This document shows positions 62,730 to 64,000 of a stretch of 64,000 nt of DNA, in pieces. Numbering within the stretch: position 1 is the first letter of the stretch; the number at the start of each line of letters is the position of its first letter. The position numbers were made by a program, and so were the translations under genes. The DNA is from Sphyrna mokarran (taxonomy: Eukaryota). The notes below the pieces were generated by a model. That model had not been told where the DNA came from, made no database searches, and worked only from the letters and a program-made list of their open reading frames with translations. The DNA lies in the NCBI GenBank assembly GCA_024679065.1, contig JAGIQG010000003.1, positions 96,968,001-97,032,000 on the forward strand. The letters run 5' to 3'.

Positions 62730-63585
62730 GCAGATGACGTGAAACTTGGAAGCATTGCAAACTGTGAGGAGGACAGTATAGAACTTCAAGCACAGAGGCA
62801 AGTTGGTGAAGTGGGCAGACAGGTGCCAGATGAAGTTCAGTGTGGAGATGTGTCAGGTGATGCATTTTTGTAGGAATAAAATGGACATAATAAAAAAAAG
62901 GATACAATTCTTAGAGGCACAGGAGAACAGGGACCTGGTTGTAGATGTGCATAGGTAGCAGGACAGCTGGAGAGAACAATTAATGAAGCATATTGTATCC
63001 TGGGCTTTATTAACAGGAGCATAGAACAAGGAGGTTATGCTGAATTAGACCTCAGCTGGAGTATTTTATATATATAGTTATAGACACTATACTACAGGAA
63101 GAATGTGAATGCATTGGAGATTTACACAAATGGTTTCGGGGATGAGAAACTCCAGTTATGAGGATAGATTGGAGAGGCTGGAACTGTTCTCCTTGGAGAG
63201 AAGAAAACTAAGGGAAGATTTGATGGAGATGCTCAAAATCATGAGGGAGCCGGAGAGAGTAGATAAAGAGAAACTGTTCCTGCTCGTAAAAGGATTGAGA
63301 ACGAGAGAGTATATATCTAAAATGATTTGCAGAAGAAGCAAATACGATGTGAGAAAATAATTTTATCATACAGCGAGTGTTTCAAATCTGGAAATGTAAT
63401 ATTGGCAGGTTGAATCGAGGCATTTGAAAGGGCAGCAGATTATTATTTGAGTAGAAGCAATGTGTAAGGGTACAGAGAAAAGACAGGAGAATGGCACTAA
63501 GTCAAAATGCTGATTTGAAGAGCCAGTGCGCACACAATGGAGCAAACGGTCCCCTTCTGCATCGTAACAGTTCTGTGGTTATGAT
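62730..63585 (+). mobile_element. CR1 3' portion
   Basis: ADDVKLG; ORF 63109 RFTQMVSGMRNSSYEDRLERLELFSLERRKLREDL. Confidence 0.85.
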
Positions 63586-64000
63586 TCATTCCTTTCAAGA
63601 GCTGGTAACAAAAGCTGATCCAATGCTGGACACAGGGGGCAGATGAAGGCTGGACATGGGTGGAACAAAACCTGGGCTGGGATGGGGGTGACGTGCACCA
63701 TTTTTCAATCTGACCTGGTCCTCAGAATTAATTAGTCAGTGAGACCCCTGGAAATGGAAGAAGGTTCTTTTTGAGTGGGTGTAATTCAAGGGCAGCACAA
63801 GCAGCCAACTAAAGCGACACCCTAATGAGGCAACTGGTTATCAACCACACTCGAACTGTTCTCTCTGTGATGAAGCCCGTACAGCAACAAGTTTACATTA
63901 TTCATGAAAATCTCATAATATTGAAATCCCAGTGAGGTATGGAGCCGCTGTACATTCTGTGCCATTTGTTGCAATGTAAGACAGGAATGAGGGAAGGGAG

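Overview
Repeat-dense, essentially non-coding eukaryotic DNA, most likely a large intron or gene desert of a cartilaginous fish (shark). This taxon call is an inference from HE1-type V-SINEs, HER1/CR1 LINEs sharing their 3' tail, and SacSINE1-like DeuSINEs. All long ORFs in the track are CR1 ORF2 pieces or their antisense shadows, and no host protein-coding exon could be recognised with confidence. The window also holds RTE, L2, Rex1-like and Penelope fragments, Harbinger-type MITEs, a Myb/SANT remnant, a short two-LTR Gypsy derivative and solo-LTR-like pieces, many of them nested. The most unusual items are: (1) a young CR1 whose long 3' UTR carries a headless V-SINE core and ends in poly(A); (2) a ~1.9 kb degenerate 21-bp array whose core reads as a Pol III B-box on the minus strand; (3) a hammerhead-ribozyme core in a Penelope terminal repeat; (4) a small LTR element with a non-gag internal repeat; (5) a few candidate cassette/micro-exons and enhancer-like unique islands. 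Family names were recognised by eye without database searches, and boundaries of old elements are approximate.
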